A stretch of DNA of 64,000 bases from an uncultured virus (IMG/VR IMGVR_UViG_3300030107_003216) (IMGVR_UViG_3300030107_003216:1-64000); one strand, 5' to 3'. Shown: positions 27,563-41,054, counted from the stretch's first letter. Notes: generated from the sequence alone by a model not told the origin. Made by a program: numbers and translations.

Positions 27563-29811
27563 CGATTTTGGCAGACATTAAGCAAATGGCAAATGACATA
27601 AATGCAATGTCCGGTGCTTTAATGCAAGTCGAAGATGACATGGGGAAGGTGAAAGATTCTTCACAATTAATGTCTAAGCAAATGCACTATATGTTGACAA
27701 GCACATTTCCCAACTTAACTAAAGAAATCCAAAACCAAACTCATATGTTTAATGGGTTAATCTATAATCTTCAGAAAATAACACCAGCCGTTCAACAAAC
27801 TACTCAAGTACAGGCAAGTTATAGTAAATCAATAGCGAGTTCGGCTTCAACAGTCTTAACTTTAACAAAAGCCCAAGAAGCATTAGGGATTCAGTTAAAT
27901 AAAAAAGGAGATGGCTTTGTCCGTAATGGATTAAAAGTTAATGAATATGGCGAAATGCTGAACAATGCTGGTGAAAAAGTCAATAATTTCAATAAAAGAA
28001 CTGCTCTAATGCAAAGTCTTGCAAGAGAGATGAATAAAGATGGAGAAAAAAACATAGGTTTTCTGAAAGGGTTTTCCAAATATACCGAATTAGGCGGAAA
28101 CACGATGGAGTATCTTGCTGAATTCTTAACTTCATCAAGAGAAGAATTAACTATTTTTGGAATGGAGGCGGCTAAAGCCCGTAAAGTATTGTATGGTTTT
28201 GCACCGCCCGGAACTTTTAGAGTTTTGAATAAGTTTTCTTCAGTATTACAATTCGTTGGAGGCACTTACAGAAAAATGGGTGACGATGGAAAGAATGCAA
28301 GAGAAGAAATTAAGAAACTAAAAAAGGCTATGATTGTAGCAGAAGCAGAAGGTAGCACAGAAGAAGTTGAAGCATTTACTAAACAAATAAAAGCATTAGA
28401 AGATTCTATGAATCCTTCTTTAGTGAGTAACTTCTTTGGTACAATTATGAAAGCAACAAGAATTCCTATGCCTAAAGGAAATATATTTGATGTTTTGATG
28501 AATACAGGAAAACAATTAGCCGGAATGGATAAAACAAAAGGCGTTGATTCTTTACAGGATTTTGCGGCTCGATTTGCTGGCGGGCATGAAGCAGGTGATT
28601 TCCTAACAGGTGGAAGAAAAAAGAGAGCAAGAATGGTACAGGAAAGAGGCGAAAGATTCTTGCAGTCGGGCCAATATGCGGCCACAGGTCAAAGTTTTAT
28701 GTTCGGTAAAGGCGCAAAAGCCAGCAGAGAAGGATTTAAGGCATTACAAGAACACATGGAACTTTACAATAATTATATCAAGGATATTATTAGCGAAATA
28801 AAAGAGGTTGAAGCAGGTACAAAAACAACAGGAACAGTAAAGGTTTGGGATGAAGCAACGCAAACGCATGTTGATAAACAACTTGATGCAGAAGCGATGC
28901 AAGAAATACTTGAAGAACAGTTGGACAATAAGCAAGACTTAGAAGAAACTATGCTTACGAATCATCCATATTATCGAAAGATGAAGAAATTCCAAAAATT
29001 CGCTATGGGTATTGGGTCAGTGCTAAAAACCTTCTTGAGTTTCGCAATAAAAATGACATTTGGCTTTATGTTGTTAGCGTTAGGAATAGTTGCTATCGTC
29101 AAAGTAATTGGCCCAACCTTTATGTCAGCCTTTGAAGGAATGAGAGATACTCTTAGTTTGTTCTTTAACTTCTTTTATGAAGGATTAAATGAAGTTTGGG
29201 AGGGCGCACAGGCGTTATGGTCGGCAGTATTTGAGGGAGGTAGTTTTGATGAAGCCGTAAATGCAATAGTCAAAATAGCGGTAGGGCTTTTACAAACAGC
29301 AATTGGCTTTATTGGAGTTATGATTCCATTAGCAGTGGTAACTCTTGGTAAATTAGCATATGCAATATACAAACGAGGAAAAGAGTTCTTTTTCAGCACC
29401 AGCGTTAAATGGCAGAAAAAGGTTGGGGTGGCTTTAGCCATAGTTGTCTTTTTCGTAGCGACATTTTGGTTCAAATTGTATTTATTCCCTGCTATAATAG
29501 TAGCATTAATGGTATATGCACTTGGAAAAATGTTAGGATTTTATCAAACAGGTGGAGTAGTAAATAAACCAATGCAAATAGTTGGAGAAAAAGGGCCAGA
29601 AATTGCTGCTTTGCCAAGAGGAACAAGAGTATATAATAACGCAGATAGCAGAAGAATTGCTAAATCTTCAGGCAGAGGAACCGTAAATAATTACAATATC
29701 ACTATTAATGCAAAAGATACAAGTGATAAAGAAATGAGAAGAATTGCGGCTCAAATTGGAAAAATGATTAATAGAGAAGTAAATAGAGGTACTTCTTCAA
29801 GTTATAGTTAA
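27559..29811 (+). CDS. Tape measure protein
   Basis: Helical with hydrophobic segments; C-terminal GGVV...VGEKGPE...PRGTRV motif. Confidence 0.82.
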   Translation: MTILADIKQMANDINAMSGALMQVEDDMGKVKDSSQLMSKQMHYMLTSTFPNLTKEIQNQTHMFNGLIYNLQKITPAVQQTTQVQASYSKSIASSASTVLTLTKAQEALGIQLNKKGDGFVRNGLKVNEYGEMLNNAGEKVNNFNKRTALMQSLAREMNKDGEKNIGFLKGFSKYTELGGNTMEYLAEFLTSSREELTIFGMEAAKARKVLYGFAPPGTFRVLNKFSSVLQFVGGTYRKMGDDGKNAREEIKKLKKAMIVAEAEGSTEEVEAFTKQIKALEDSMNPSLVSNFFGTIMKATRIPMPKGNIFDVLMNTGKQLAGMDKTKGVDSLQDFAARFAGGHEAGDFLTGGRKKRARMVQERGERFLQSGQYAATGQSFMFGKGAKASREGFKALQEHMELYNNYIKDIISEIKEVEAGTKTTGTVKVWDEATQTHVDKQLDAEAMQEILEEQLDNKQDLEETMLTNHPYYRKMKKFQKFAMGIGSVLKTFLSFAIKMTFGFMLLALGIVAIVKVIGPTFMSAFEGMRDTLSLFFNFFYEGLNEVWEGAQALWSAVFEGGSFDEAVNAIVKIAVGLLQTAIGFIGVMIPLAVVTLGKLAYAIYKRGKEFFFSTSVKWQKKVGVALAIVVFFVATFWFKLYLFPAIIVALMVYALGKMLGFYQTGGVVNKPMQIVGEKGPEIAALPRGTRVYNNADSRRIAKSSGRGTVNNYNITINAKDTSDKEMRRIAAQIGKMINREVNRGTSSSYS

Positions 29812-29820
29812 GGTGATTAA

Positions 29821-30546
29821 ATGACTTCTCCCGATGGCACACACTATGTATTTTTGCGTCTTGGCGCATCTGAAGATAACGATGTTCAAGTGAATACTAT
29901 TCCACTTAAAGCAGAAACAGTAAGTATTTCCACTACAAAAACAATTCCTTCTTTTGATGTTCCTTTTTCTGGAATGTTTAGTGGTGAATCTCGAACAGTG
30001 GCTTTTAATATGGGTATGTCATCTAAACAAATTAGTGTTCAAGGAGTTATTACTGATACTACGATTATAAGAAGATTCAATAGCATGAATCCTAAGAATT
30101 TTGATAAATCAGAAAGTAATCCTTCTGAATCCTCTTTTAATGATGATACAGTATTAAATCCTCCAATCGTTAATGAAACAATAACTATTGATATGACAAA
30201 AGAAGAAATTGCTCAATTGATTCACTCAAATACAGATGGAACCGCATTACAACAAATGCAGAATATGAATCAACTAATTATATTAATAGATTCAAAGGTG
30301 GATAGCAGATACCAATACCGTAATTCTGACCGAAGTACAAGTTTGATTCCTTTCACTTTTGCCGCAAGAGGATATAACGATACTTTGGATAATCAAGGGG
30401 CTACGCTTGCTTTATCAGATTTTCCAGATAGTGCTACTGATACAGGGTTAAATGGATTTGTTCAATCATTTAGTTGTGATTTTAACGCTGAAGAACCTGC
30501 GGCAATAAGTTTTCAATTAGAATTTATAGTGGCTATGACGGTGTGA
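29821..30546 (+). CDS. Putative distal tail/hub protein
   Basis: Position right after TMP; beta-rich. Confidence 0.55.
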   Translation: MTSPDGTHYVFLRLGASEDNDVQVNTIPLKAETVSISTTKTIPSFDVPFSGMFSGESRTVAFNMGMSSKQISVQGVITDTTIIRRFNSMNPKNFDKSESNPSESSFNDDTVLNPPIVNETITIDMTKEEIAQLIHSNTDGTALQQMQNMNQLIILIDSKVDSRYQYRNSDRSTSLIPFTFAARGYNDTLDNQGATLALSDFPDSATDTGLNGFVQSFSCDFNAEEPAAISFQLEFIVAMTV

Positions 30547-31778
30547 TTATTATGCAGACATTATCAATAGGAAATAAAAAAGGATTAGTTTTTCCTGTAA
30601 TGTGTAATGGTTGTATTAAAATAGATTATCAAGACAACATACCGGATATTGGTTCAGATGCAGATACTTCAAATGATATGCCTTATGGTATTTGGGGGCA
30701 TAATGGTTCATTTTGTTTTGATGCAATAATTACCCCATATGATGTGAACGGTAGTGGCAATCATACTACCGGAACATCAGCAACAACTGTCACCAATTCA
30801 AAAAAGACATTCCCAGATGGAGAGCATTCTTCGCCATATACCACTACTTCGGGCCATTACTCCGATAAGCATTTACCAAGAACACACGCTACTCAAGCAG
30901 TTAATCGAGCAAATCATAAGATGGCTATATTTTATAGCACTAATTTGAAAATATATTTGTGTAATGCTACCACTGATGTATTGCAAGCAAGTACATATCA
31001 TACAACCAATACTAATAACCCTGCATCATATAAGTTAGAAGTACAATTAACTACGGGTAGTACAACTACTACATTAGTTAGTGACACACTCATTTATCCC
31101 GATAATATCCAGCCATCCACTTATACTACTGATATTCTAACAGGTGGTTTTGACCGTCAAGGGAGATTAACTCATACTAAAATAGAAACATTAGGAGGTA
31201 GCGCACATGGCGGCGGTGCATCTTTTACATCAGGAACAAACCCCGCATCTAACAAATATCATTTAGGCCAAGAATTATTTGTTAAAAGAGGATTTAGTTT
31301 CAAATCAATTGGTACGGTTGTTTTTGGTTCGGGTTGGCCAACAACAAGCACTACTACTGTATATCTTAGTGGTACTCCCTCTTCGTCTTTGAATTCAGAA
31401 ACAATTTATCAACAAGCCCCTAAAGAAGCAAATTATGTAAATAATTCTTATCACATAGGAGTTTCATTTGATAATACCACTCGAAAACTAAGTATTCTAT
31501 TTAATGGTAAATCCACTAAAACAGTTACACATAATGAGGATGATAATGATTTTCAATTAGCGGCTGAAGATTTATACTTAGGTGCAAATGGAACAAACAC
31601 ACATGCTACGGCTTCTTCTATACCAGACCATATAGGATATACTAATAGTCAATTTTATGGAGTCTTTCACGAATTAAGCATGACTACACATATTTATTCT
31701 GCTTTTAATGGAAAGTCCCTTTATCCTTATCACGACAAAACACTACTGTTTTTGACATTTGAAGAGGTGGATATGTAA
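30543..31778 (+). CDS. Tail protein with LamG/concanavalin-like domain
   Basis: YHIGVSFD...LSILFNG...LYLGANG...FYGVFHEL pattern. Confidence 0.6.
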   Translation: MIIMQTLSIGNKKGLVFPVMCNGCIKIDYQDNIPDIGSDADTSNDMPYGIWGHNGSFCFDAIITPYDVNGSGNHTTGTSATTVTNSKKTFPDGEHSSPYTTTSGHYSDKHLPRTHATQAVNRANHKMAIFYSTNLKIYLCNATTDVLQASTYHTTNTNNPASYKLEVQLTTGSTTTTLVSDTLIYPDNIQPSTYTTDILTGGFDRQGRLTHTKIETLGGSAHGGGASFTSGTNPASNKYHLGQELFVKRGFSFKSIGTVVFGSGWPTTSTTTVYLSGTPSSSLNSETIYQQAPKEANYVNNSYHIGVSFDNTTRKLSILFNGKSTKTVTHNEDDNDFQLAAEDLYLGANGTNTHATASSIPDHIGYTNSQFYGVFHELSMTTHIYSAFNGKSLYPYHDKTLLFLTFEEVDM

Positions 31779-34700
31779 TGGCAGTATATGTTCGTAAAAC
31801 AGGTGTTCATAAAAGCACTGCAATTAATACTACTTGGAATAATGCTGGACATAATGTTAATTTTGATTGCCCTACAAATCCTTCTATCAAAAATACTGCT
31901 TCTCCGGCTAATCAATACATATGTGCAGAAATAAGAATTGATGATAGTACGGCCACTACTATGGTTAAAGAAACAACAGGCGCACATAATTCTTACAGTG
32001 AAAACTTAGCAAAAACTCCCGGCTATCGAGTAAAAACTTATTTTAATGAAACTCAAACAGGACAACAATATAATTCTATTAATTTAACAACACATGATTA
32101 TTTTATTCTTTTATTTGCTGATGATTACAAACAACACCATTTTGCTAAAATTACTGCTGAAGTTACGGATGATGTTGAAGGGGATGCTTTAGAATTTACT
32201 CCCAAATTAGGCAGTGAAATACCAAAGGGTACTAAGTTTATTGTATTCAAAGGGCCAGCAATAACAGATACTTCGGTAGTTGCTATTACTGCTGGTGCAT
32301 TAGTTGATACTACCGATTCCACTAATACTCACTTAACTAATCTAATTGTGGGTAGGCCGCTTTGGTATTTCTATAATGACAGACTCAACAAAAAGAATGA
32401 GTTAGACCATAGTACCAAATACAAACTATGCTATAATTATAGCACAGATAATTCAGCAATTACTCTAAGTGACACAACAGTTGTGTTTGTTACTGTGCAA
32501 GATGCTCACTTAAAAATAATAGATAACAGTAAATTCACATTATCCACTACATTAATAGACAATAAAAGAAAAATGGATGACCCTACAACTTCAAGTTCCG
32601 CTACTCATTTTTATGATGATAGGGGGGCGCATAGTGCTGGTACTGCCTTCAATACCTATGATGGTTATTTTCTTAATGCACGAAGAGATTCTGATGATAA
32701 TATCGCTTCTGCATCCTTTGACGGCCCATATACCTATTTACACTATGAAGAATCTCCTAAAGTATTGAATAAAGTAATAGATATGTTTAGTTCAAGAGCA
32801 TTCTCTTCAATGAAAGATAGAGCGAGTTTTGCCGAAACTAAAATAGTTGATGGAAATAGAGCCTTTACTTCAAAGAATGCTCTAAATGATAAATATGTTC
32901 TAAAAGAAAAAATTAGCGAAGGTCAATTGACAGGTTGGTTTGAAACAAAATTAACATTAGATTCAATTACAAGTGGTAGTACAAATCTCAAATTTAAGAC
33001 AGAAGCAGATTATGATGCCAGAACACTTTGGGGCCAACATGAAGAAGTTAAGATTGGCGACTACATCGGTTTTATTAGCACCATAAGTGCGCCTTCTTCA
33101 TCATTACATACTGTTGTATGCCAATCTTATTGGAGATTAGAAACAGAATCCACCTTTACCAATCGTGGTTCTGCGCCATTTAGTGCGGGAGATAAAATTT
33201 ACAGAAGAATGTGGTCGCCTAAAACAAGAACACTAATGACTACTTTAGAATTAGATACTGATGTTACTTACACAGGACTAAGTGCATTAACAGACCATCC
33301 TTTAGACATAGACAGTTTAACCTACAAAATAAATAATATTACATTAGGTTCATACAATGAATCAAGATTTAACAATGCCATAGTTACTTTAGCAGGGACA
33401 AATTACACTGAAAAAGAAATACGAGTTTCTTTTGGAGATAAAACACATCAGTATTTTAGATTAGAACCAGAAAGAACCCATTATAGAACCGAAGCCGATT
33501 CTAAAACAAGTATTGACTATAACTTTGGTAGTTTTACTATTGATTTAGAAATCTTTGACGGTAAAATAGAAGAAATAATAGAAGATACTGAAATGGGTCA
33601 GCCTGTTGTTGAAATTGCTGGTCGTAATGATTTTTCTAAATTGATTAATCCTACCATAAATAAAAACACTTTATTTACTTCTGATTTAATTCATTCTTCT
33701 ATGTCACCTTTATCCAATGTATCTGCTGGTAAAACAAGTGGAGGCGCAAATGTTACCATTGGTTCTAATCTTGCGCTTAATGCTACCACAGTTGCTTGTA
33801 GTGCCGTAATTGCAGGATTAAATGTAGGAGATACTTTATACAATGCTAATGGTGATTTTATAGGAATTGTTTCTTCTGGTGCAGACCAAGCGAATGTTGT
33901 CATAGAGTTTGGTTCCTGTGCTACTGCTTCTGCATCTGAACAAATTTTTGTTGGGTCATCTAATAAGCACTATACTTTCAAAAAGGCTCTTAGTGCAAGT
34001 GCTGTAAATTCAAATACAGTTAGTTCATTAGAAGGGGCATCAGATAAGGGAATATATTTTACAAGTGGTGTATCGGTATCAAGCAGAACCACTGCTAATC
34101 CTCCCGTTTATACTAAAACAGGAAATAAAGAGTTTTTCTTAGCAGGGACTTCAGAAAATACAAATGCTGAAGCAATAGGATATAATTTAGATTCTATCGG
34201 TAATATCAAAAACGATAGAGCCTTTCAAGCAAAACTAAAAGATGATGTTTCCGGCAATTACTTTAGTTATGATGTAGTTAATGGTTTAAGCGATTTTATA
34301 GTATTAAATACTAAAGGAGAGGATGATGTTACCACTATTACTCTTGCACCGAGAATAGGATTATATTTAGGGAGAGTTGATAGAAATGATACTTATGATA
34401 GTGACTTAATGACATTAACAGACACAACAATGAATGTTCAAGCCACATCACTTACAGGAGGAATTACAACTTCTTCTGCCGCAATTAATACTCATTTCAA
34501 AAGGGGCGACCCTGTATTTACAGAAGATAGTGGAGTATTTACATTTCAAGGATATTTTATTCGTGCAGAAGCAGGTTCCGGTGGTTCAGGTTCACATTAT
34601 TCTTATAATGAAATTAGATTAGATAGAGATGGAACCGCAGGTAATGGGGATAATATTTACAAATTAACCCAAAAGAATACTGCTGATATGTATTTTATTA

Positions 34701-37700
34701 ATCGCCCTGCGGCACTACTTCAGTTAGCCAGCCCCTATGTTAGTAACACTAAGGGGCTATTACCATTCAATATTAACATACATGACGCTTCAGATTCAAC
34801 TATTACTACTAATTATATCAAAAGATACGGTTCACCATATTACAAGTTTGTTGATTTAGAAGAGGGCAATTATTCCGCAATTGATGAGTTTCCGATAGAA
34901 ACGGCATACTATGATAATCTTAGCCAAACTAATTACTATGCTAAGGCACATAGATTTAGACCATCATATACAAGTAGTACACCAACAATTACTCAAACAC
35001 ATCAAGACGATTCTTCATTTAGTACAATAAGAGAGATGCAAGGATTTTATGAAAGAAGAGGAAATAAACCATCAAGAGGCACTAATTTCTTTGACTATTA
35101 TCTAACAGGAAATGATGCTACCGTAAGAGCAAGATACCCTATTGCTGGACTTCCTCATGTTTTTTTGACTAATATAGGTCGAACATGGGAAAGAACACTA
35201 AGGCAGATGGATGCTAAAGTTTCTCGACATTTCTTATTCACCACTTCTGATTTACTACCAGAATCAGATTTAAGAAAAACAAGTCTATACTATGGCTCAA
35301 GAGATTTAACAGACTTTAGTATTATGTTAAAAAATAAAGGTACTCCTTCTAATACATCTAATTCTCATACTACCTATTTGGGCGGAGGTTCCTCAATTTC
35401 TGACAATGATGATAATAACCCCTTAGTGACAATAGCGACAGCACCAACTATCAATTCTTTGAAGAAATTTAGTATGTTGCGTTTAGTGGAAATGACATTA
35501 GATTGGCACTTTAATTCTGTGGATGCTGAAAATTTAACTAATAAAAATAAGACACTACGATTAGGTGTCACTAATAGAATGGGTCATTTATTTAGGCTAA
35601 AGGATTCGGGAGGAAATAATCTAACTATTAGTAGCAATACTTCTGCTGGCGCAAATAGAATATTTTTATCTGCCGCACCCGATAATTTAGATAATAGCAA
35701 AAACTATCTATTTTTTACTGCTGAAGGAAATTATATTGGTTACGGTGCGGCTCAATCATGGGCGCAAATTATTGTGTTCAGCGCACAATATGGTTTAACC
35801 GGCCCTCATGTTCACGACAATTGCGCTCTAACAGATGGAGTTGCGATATACGCTATGTGTATTGATACAGATTCCTACGAAGATTTGTATGTCAGAGGAC
35901 ACGATTCAAAAGATACTTTCACATCTATGCCAAAAGAAGGCGCAATTCATATGTTAAAAGGCGCAGTTATGAATAATGAAGCGGGCAGAACAGGTACTAT
36001 GGATGGGTATGCAGAAGATAATAACGATGCCTACCATGACTTGTATTTACCGGACAATGACGGAGATAATCATTTTAGTTTAATTGATAATTTGGCTTCA
36101 GAGAAAAGAACAGCGAGTATTGCTTTACCTCCAACCTTTACCGCTTTAGAAACTACAAAAACAACATTGTCCGGTGTTCGCATAATTGATACTTATGAAG
36201 AAGTGGCAGAAGATATAGGTAGTCCTACCGCTTATACATCGGGAACAACTCAATATGCAATAGTAAATACAAGCAACGCATATGAATTAGTTTTGCAAGA
36301 CAATTCGGGTGGTTCCCCAACAACAGAAAACTATCAAGCAAAAGCCGCAGATTACGGGCCTATCGGTACTGATTCATTACGAGGAATTAAAATTTCTTTA
36401 TTGACAGATGTAGGCTTGGGTTCTGGCCCTGCGTATGACCCTTCGTTAAATAATTGGACAGGAGTTTATTATTCATTAAAGGGAAGAACTGCCACACAAT
36501 TACTAACTGCCAGAGGTTCGGGTAGTGATGTTACTTATACTAATCCTGCATCATCCTCTTATCAAGGATATAGAATTAGAAATGAACCTTATTCGGGAGA
36601 ACACGATTATTGCTTGTTAGTTGATTCTGCTACATCAGCATTAACTAATAATCTTCAATATCATATTTGGCTAACCTCTGGCCAATATTTAGGTAAAACT
36701 GCCGCAGGGCAAACTTATGGAAATAAGTATTTAATTATGGAATACTGTTACTTTGATGAAAAGTTTAATGATTATTCATCAGCAAATAGAGTATTAAAAT
36801 ATAGTCTTGTTCTTGATGAATCATTAATTCATACTGAAGGAAATATGCAAATTTCAGAAGTTATCAAAAGCCTAAACAATAGAGAAAACCATCTCAAAAA
36901 ATTGTATGCAGATACTTTAGCAGTATTTTTAGATAGGTTTGATATTGAAGATGGAGGACAAAGTAATATTGATGCCGGTATGGTTTCATCAGAAATAGAA
37001 AACGCAGTACCCTTATTACAAAGTATGGGCGGCCCCTCATATGCACCACATAAAGTTATGTTAGAAACTAAAACAAGGCAAGGGTTTGGTTTTTACGAAA
37101 GCGAAGGAAAGGAAAGCACTGATGGTAACTCCCCATATATTGCTGATGGGGCATATATGTTATTTAAGCCTCATTTGAAATTTGTAAATAAAGCAGGTTC
37201 TAACTGTTATAGTGCTTCTCAAACAGTTGTTGGTGTAGGCTCAACAAATACTAAATTGTATGAATTTACTGTAAAAGATATTGATGGCGATAGTTCAGCA
37301 ACGCAAAATAATAATGCGTGGTTAAACTACGCACCTAATCTAACAGGTTGTTATTTAGTTAGTCACCATGGCAAACAATACGGTCTAAGTACGCATGCTG
37401 GCTATTCTGAAACTCCAACAGCAACGGCCACGGCAACTACTGAAGCATATCATACAAGTGATGCTACGAGTGCGGCTGACATTAATAAAACACTTAAAGG
37501 ATTACATGAAACTATCCCAAGTTACATTCACTATGTTGTTTCTCATACAATTAAGCGTACTGCTGACTGTACTAAACATCAGATAGTAATTGACAATGCG
37601 GGTACTATTGGTAAAGTGTATAAAGTAATGAGAACCGCAGAAAATACATTCTATGATTTTAGTCCTAAAAAAATAAAAATAAATACTCTAACTCCTGAAT

Positions 37701-39104
37701 ATACTAAGAAGGCATATGCCAATAGTTGTTATGAGCCTACTAAGTCTTTCAAATTACACAATGCCAGACATGAGCAATTTACAGGAGAAATAAGATATGG
37801 CGACCCAACAAATACTTCTCATAAACTGTATTCAGAAACAGGGTTTGGCGAAGGAGTATCTTCTATGTATATCATAGCCGACCCAAGTAACAAAGGGTCG
37901 GGCAGTCACTTAGTTTATAGAAGTCCTTCAGATTGCTTTGGCTCAAGTAAATTGTTAGAACACAACGATAATATTCCTGTTGGAATAACTGNNNNNNNNN
38001 NCCGATGGAACATCTAATTTATTATCACAAATGCAAGTATCATATATTTCTGATTTGAATGTGCATGAATTTGAGTTTTCTAAAATTGGAAATATGATAG
38101 GCGCAGTATCAATAGGAGAAACTTTTGATATAACAGTACCGAAGGAAATAAAAGGAAATTATACAGATGCTACTATCGGTTGTGGAGTTAATGTTTGTTT
38201 TGAATCAGATGATTTGTTAAATGATTTGTTTGAGGATGAAGGGTTAGAATTTACAAAACAAGATGTCACCGAATATCCTATCTTTTTATCACCCGAATAT
38301 AAAGGAGTTAGTCTATTAACTGCTTCTAATTACATATTAGATAAGAAAAATAGAAGAGTATTACATGATAAAAAGTTTATATTGCGAGATGCAGATTCTT
38401 CATTAAATAAACCAAAGGTTCTTATTTCTGAAAGAGATGATAAATACAGTGTAAGAAGCATTGGAACATCAGGAAAACTCTTCGACCAATATAATGAAGT
38501 TATTATTTATGGGAGAAATGTAAAGTCACATAGAAAAAATGTTAGACAGATAAAAGAAACGGGAAGCAGAAGAACCTTAGAAATTACTGATGAAAACATT
38601 TACACTCAAAAAGATGCAGACGCAAGAGCAACTAAGTTATTATCTTCACATAATGACATAGGTAGGTTAATTGACATAGAAGTAAGAGGGGATAATTTAT
38701 TCACTTTACGACCTGCTGATGAAATAGAAATATCTTTCCCTTCACAAAATATTGAAAGAGGCAGATATTTAATTATAGAAATAGAACATAGTTTAGATGG
38801 CTTTAGCAAATTAAAATTAGGAAGTAACGATAAAAATATTGCAGATAGATTTACTGAATTATTATTAGAGGGAGTTAAATTATCAGGATTAACAAGACCA
38901 AGAGTATTCAAAGAACCTTCTAAATCAACAGACCACTTTGAAAGCATGAAGGTCAAAGAAATAAGAATAAAAATAAGAAAACGCCTTGCTACGGGAGGGG
39001 CTACGCTTGGTTTCGGTTCAGTGTTAAATACTTCGACCACTCCAATGGGATTCACAGGCGGTCAGTCGGTGACATATACGGACTTAATTGAGGAAGAATT
39101 ATGA
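31778..39104 (+). CDS. Very large tail tip/baseplate protein, probably one gene of roughly 2400 aa interrupted by an assembly gap
   Basis: Track ORFs 31778..38017 and 38031..39104 are separated only by the N-run at 37992-38001; the downstream frame is open right after the gap; C-terminal part resembles tail hub proteins. Confidence 0.6.
37992..38001. other. Scaffold gap (10 N)
   Basis: Seen directly. Confidence 1.
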
Positions 39105-39448
39105 TAACGGATAAGGGAAAATCACTAATAGCAAGTTACTTAGTTAGTACATTCAATGAGGCTAATGTTGGTTCCGGTGGAAACGCTACTTCTCCTGCAC
39201 AATTAGAATTAGATGTTCCTTTGTTAAGTAGTAATGTATCTGCATCGGGAATAAAGTCAGCAGAAAATACTGTTCAATGGAAAGTAACCATACAAGGTTC
39301 TGAATCAACAATAACAGGCCGTACATTGAGAGAAATTAGTTTAGAAGATTCTTCGGGTAATTTACTTCTAAGAATACCCTTTGATGCAATTGGGCCTTTC
39401 AGTACAAGCGAAGAAGTCGAATTTTTTATAGAAGTCGAGGTGGAGTAA
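39101..39448 (+). CDS. Small tail/baseplate protein
   Basis: MITDKGK...VGSG...LREISL pattern of tail-fibre attachment proteins. Confidence 0.6.
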   Translation: MITDKGKSLIASYLVSTFNEANVGSGGNATSPAQLELDVPLLSSNVSASGIKSAENTVQWKVTIQGSESTITGRTLREISLEDSSGNLLLRIPFDAIGPFSTSEEVEFFIEVEVE

Positions 39449-39449
39449 T

Positions 39450-40838
39450 ATGGCAGATAACGAATATATTAACAGTGGATATATAACAAAAATGGGAGAT
39501 AATAGCACACATAATGGTTCAGCAGGGCAACCTGTTGATGGTGTGGATTTTCCCCATTCGGGTTTAATTAAGGCATTAAACGCTATGGCTACAACAGGCT
39601 ATGCGGTACTAACTGCGGCAGTTGGCACAGGTTCTAAAAACTTCAATATGCAAATGAATGATGGTACAGGAGTCAGCGTAATTACTGTTAGAACAGGCAA
39701 GGTTGTTAGAGGCGGAGTATTACAGGCGGCTACGACTGAAGCAACAATTACTGAAGTTACAAGCGGTACTGAAACTGATGTTCAATTCCAAGAAGGTAGT
39801 TCCGATACTTCTGGACAAAATCGTTATTCTGTAATTGTAGTCAATAGTTCTAATGTAGTTAAAATTAGACATGCAGGAGGTGTTGATAGAGTTGCAGATT
39901 TAACAGCAGGTGATATTCCTATTGCTATTTTAGAAGTACAAAGAGGTGCGGCTAAAGCAACAAGAAGAATACAATATCTAACAAGTTCTGAAACAGATGG
40001 AATTGGTTTAGATATTGATGGCTATTCTGCATTAGGCGGTACGGGATTACATCAAACCCAAGACCATTTTGTATTCTCTGATAATGGTACTGAGAAAAAG
40101 ATTTCATTTACTAATTTAGAAGATGCAATCTTTGGAAATGTTTCGGGAGATATAGCAATAGCGGCTGGTGGTGCGGCTACAATACAAGCAAATAGCGTTG
40201 CATTAGGAACGGACACGGCTGGAAACTATATGACTGATGTTTCGGCTGGAACAGGAATAGATGTTACCCATACTCCGGCTGAAGGCTCAACCGCTACAAT
40301 TGCAGTTGATGTTTCGGACTTTATGACTAATGGGGCTAACAATAGAATAGTTACTGCTACCGGCACAGATGGAATGAATGCAGAAGCAAATGCACAATTT
40401 GATGGTTCCACATTATCAGTTACAGGTGCAATATCCGCTACTACTACGGTAACAGGAACAACTGCTTTAGTTTCTGGCGGAAACTTTTCTGCTGGATATG
40501 AAGTTTTAGATATTGGTGCAGGACTACCTTCTGCATCTCCCGGAATTCCAACATTAACTAAAAAGGTTATTTACTCATTTAATGTAGCACCAGCAGGAAA
40601 TACATTTGTTATGCCAACCGCAGTAGCATTTCAAATTCATCATATTAAAAATATAGACCCTGCTAATCCGATTACTATTACAACTGCTCAACATTTTGAC
40701 ATGGGAGATACCGGCCATCCCTATGTTACTTCCGCTAATGTAATTACATTAGCACCACAAACAGGTGTTATTTTACAAGGTGCAAATGATTCAGCCCCAC
40801 CTATTATTGCTGGCTGGATGATTATTGGAATAGCGTGA
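39450..40838 (+). CDS. Tail fibre / receptor-binding protein
   Basis: Gly/Thr/Ala-rich fibre-like repeats; last gene of the tail operon. Confidence 0.65.
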   Translation: MADNEYINSGYITKMGDNSTHNGSAGQPVDGVDFPHSGLIKALNAMATTGYAVLTAAVGTGSKNFNMQMNDGTGVSVITVRTGKVVRGGVLQAATTEATITEVTSGTETDVQFQEGSSDTSGQNRYSVIVVNSSNVVKIRHAGGVDRVADLTAGDIPIAILEVQRGAAKATRRIQYLTSSETDGIGLDIDGYSALGGTGLHQTQDHFVFSDNGTEKKISFTNLEDAIFGNVSGDIAIAAGGAATIQANSVALGTDTAGNYMTDVSAGTGIDVTHTPAEGSTATIAVDVSDFMTNGANNRIVTATGTDGMNAEANAQFDGSTLSVTGAISATTTVTGTTALVSGGNFSAGYEVLDIGAGLPSASPGIPTLTKKVIYSFNVAPAGNTFVMPTAVAFQIHHIKNIDPANPITITTAQHFDMGDTGHPYVTSANVITLAPQTGVILQGANDSAPPIIAGWMIIGIA

Positions 40839-40874
40839 TATAATAAAAAACGAGTTATCAGAATTCAAAAAGCC

Positions 40875-40916
40875 AAAAAAAATGGAGGGAGGGCATTACG
40901 CCCCCCCTCCTATTTT
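40875..40916 (-). terminator. Intrinsic-type terminator at the convergence of the two modules
   Basis: On the - strand: GGAGGGGGGGC-GTAAT-GCCCTCCCTCC, an 11-bp stem with one G.U pair, followed by an 8-T run. A short T run on the + side suggests possible bidirectionality. Confidence 0.75.
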
Positions 40917-41054
40917 GGTCTTATCCGACCAAATGCCTTTGCATGACCGACATTCCCATAATTTGATTTGCTCATTAGAGCCAACATAAAAACCAAGAAT
41001 TCTCTTGGCAATTGTGCGTTCATTACAAAATATACACTTTTGCTTTAGACTCAT
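40896..41054 (-). CDS. 52-aa zinc-ribbon protein (CIFC...WECRSC)
   Basis: Hand-translated; coupled to the upstream ORF. Confidence 0.65.
   Translation of the reverse strand: MSLKQKCIFCNERTIAKRILGFYVGSNEQIKLWECRSCKGIWSDKTKIGGGA

Noticed and set aside
37992..38031. Apparent stop or frameshift splitting the giant tail gene
   Set aside because: It coincides with a 10-N scaffold gap and is most likely an assembly artefact.
719..40411. Many minus-strand ORFs in the structural block, and plus-strand ORFs in the replication block
   Set aside because: They are antisense shadows of long, RBS-bearing, translationally coupled genes; they are Ser/Phe/Leu-rich and carry no motifs.
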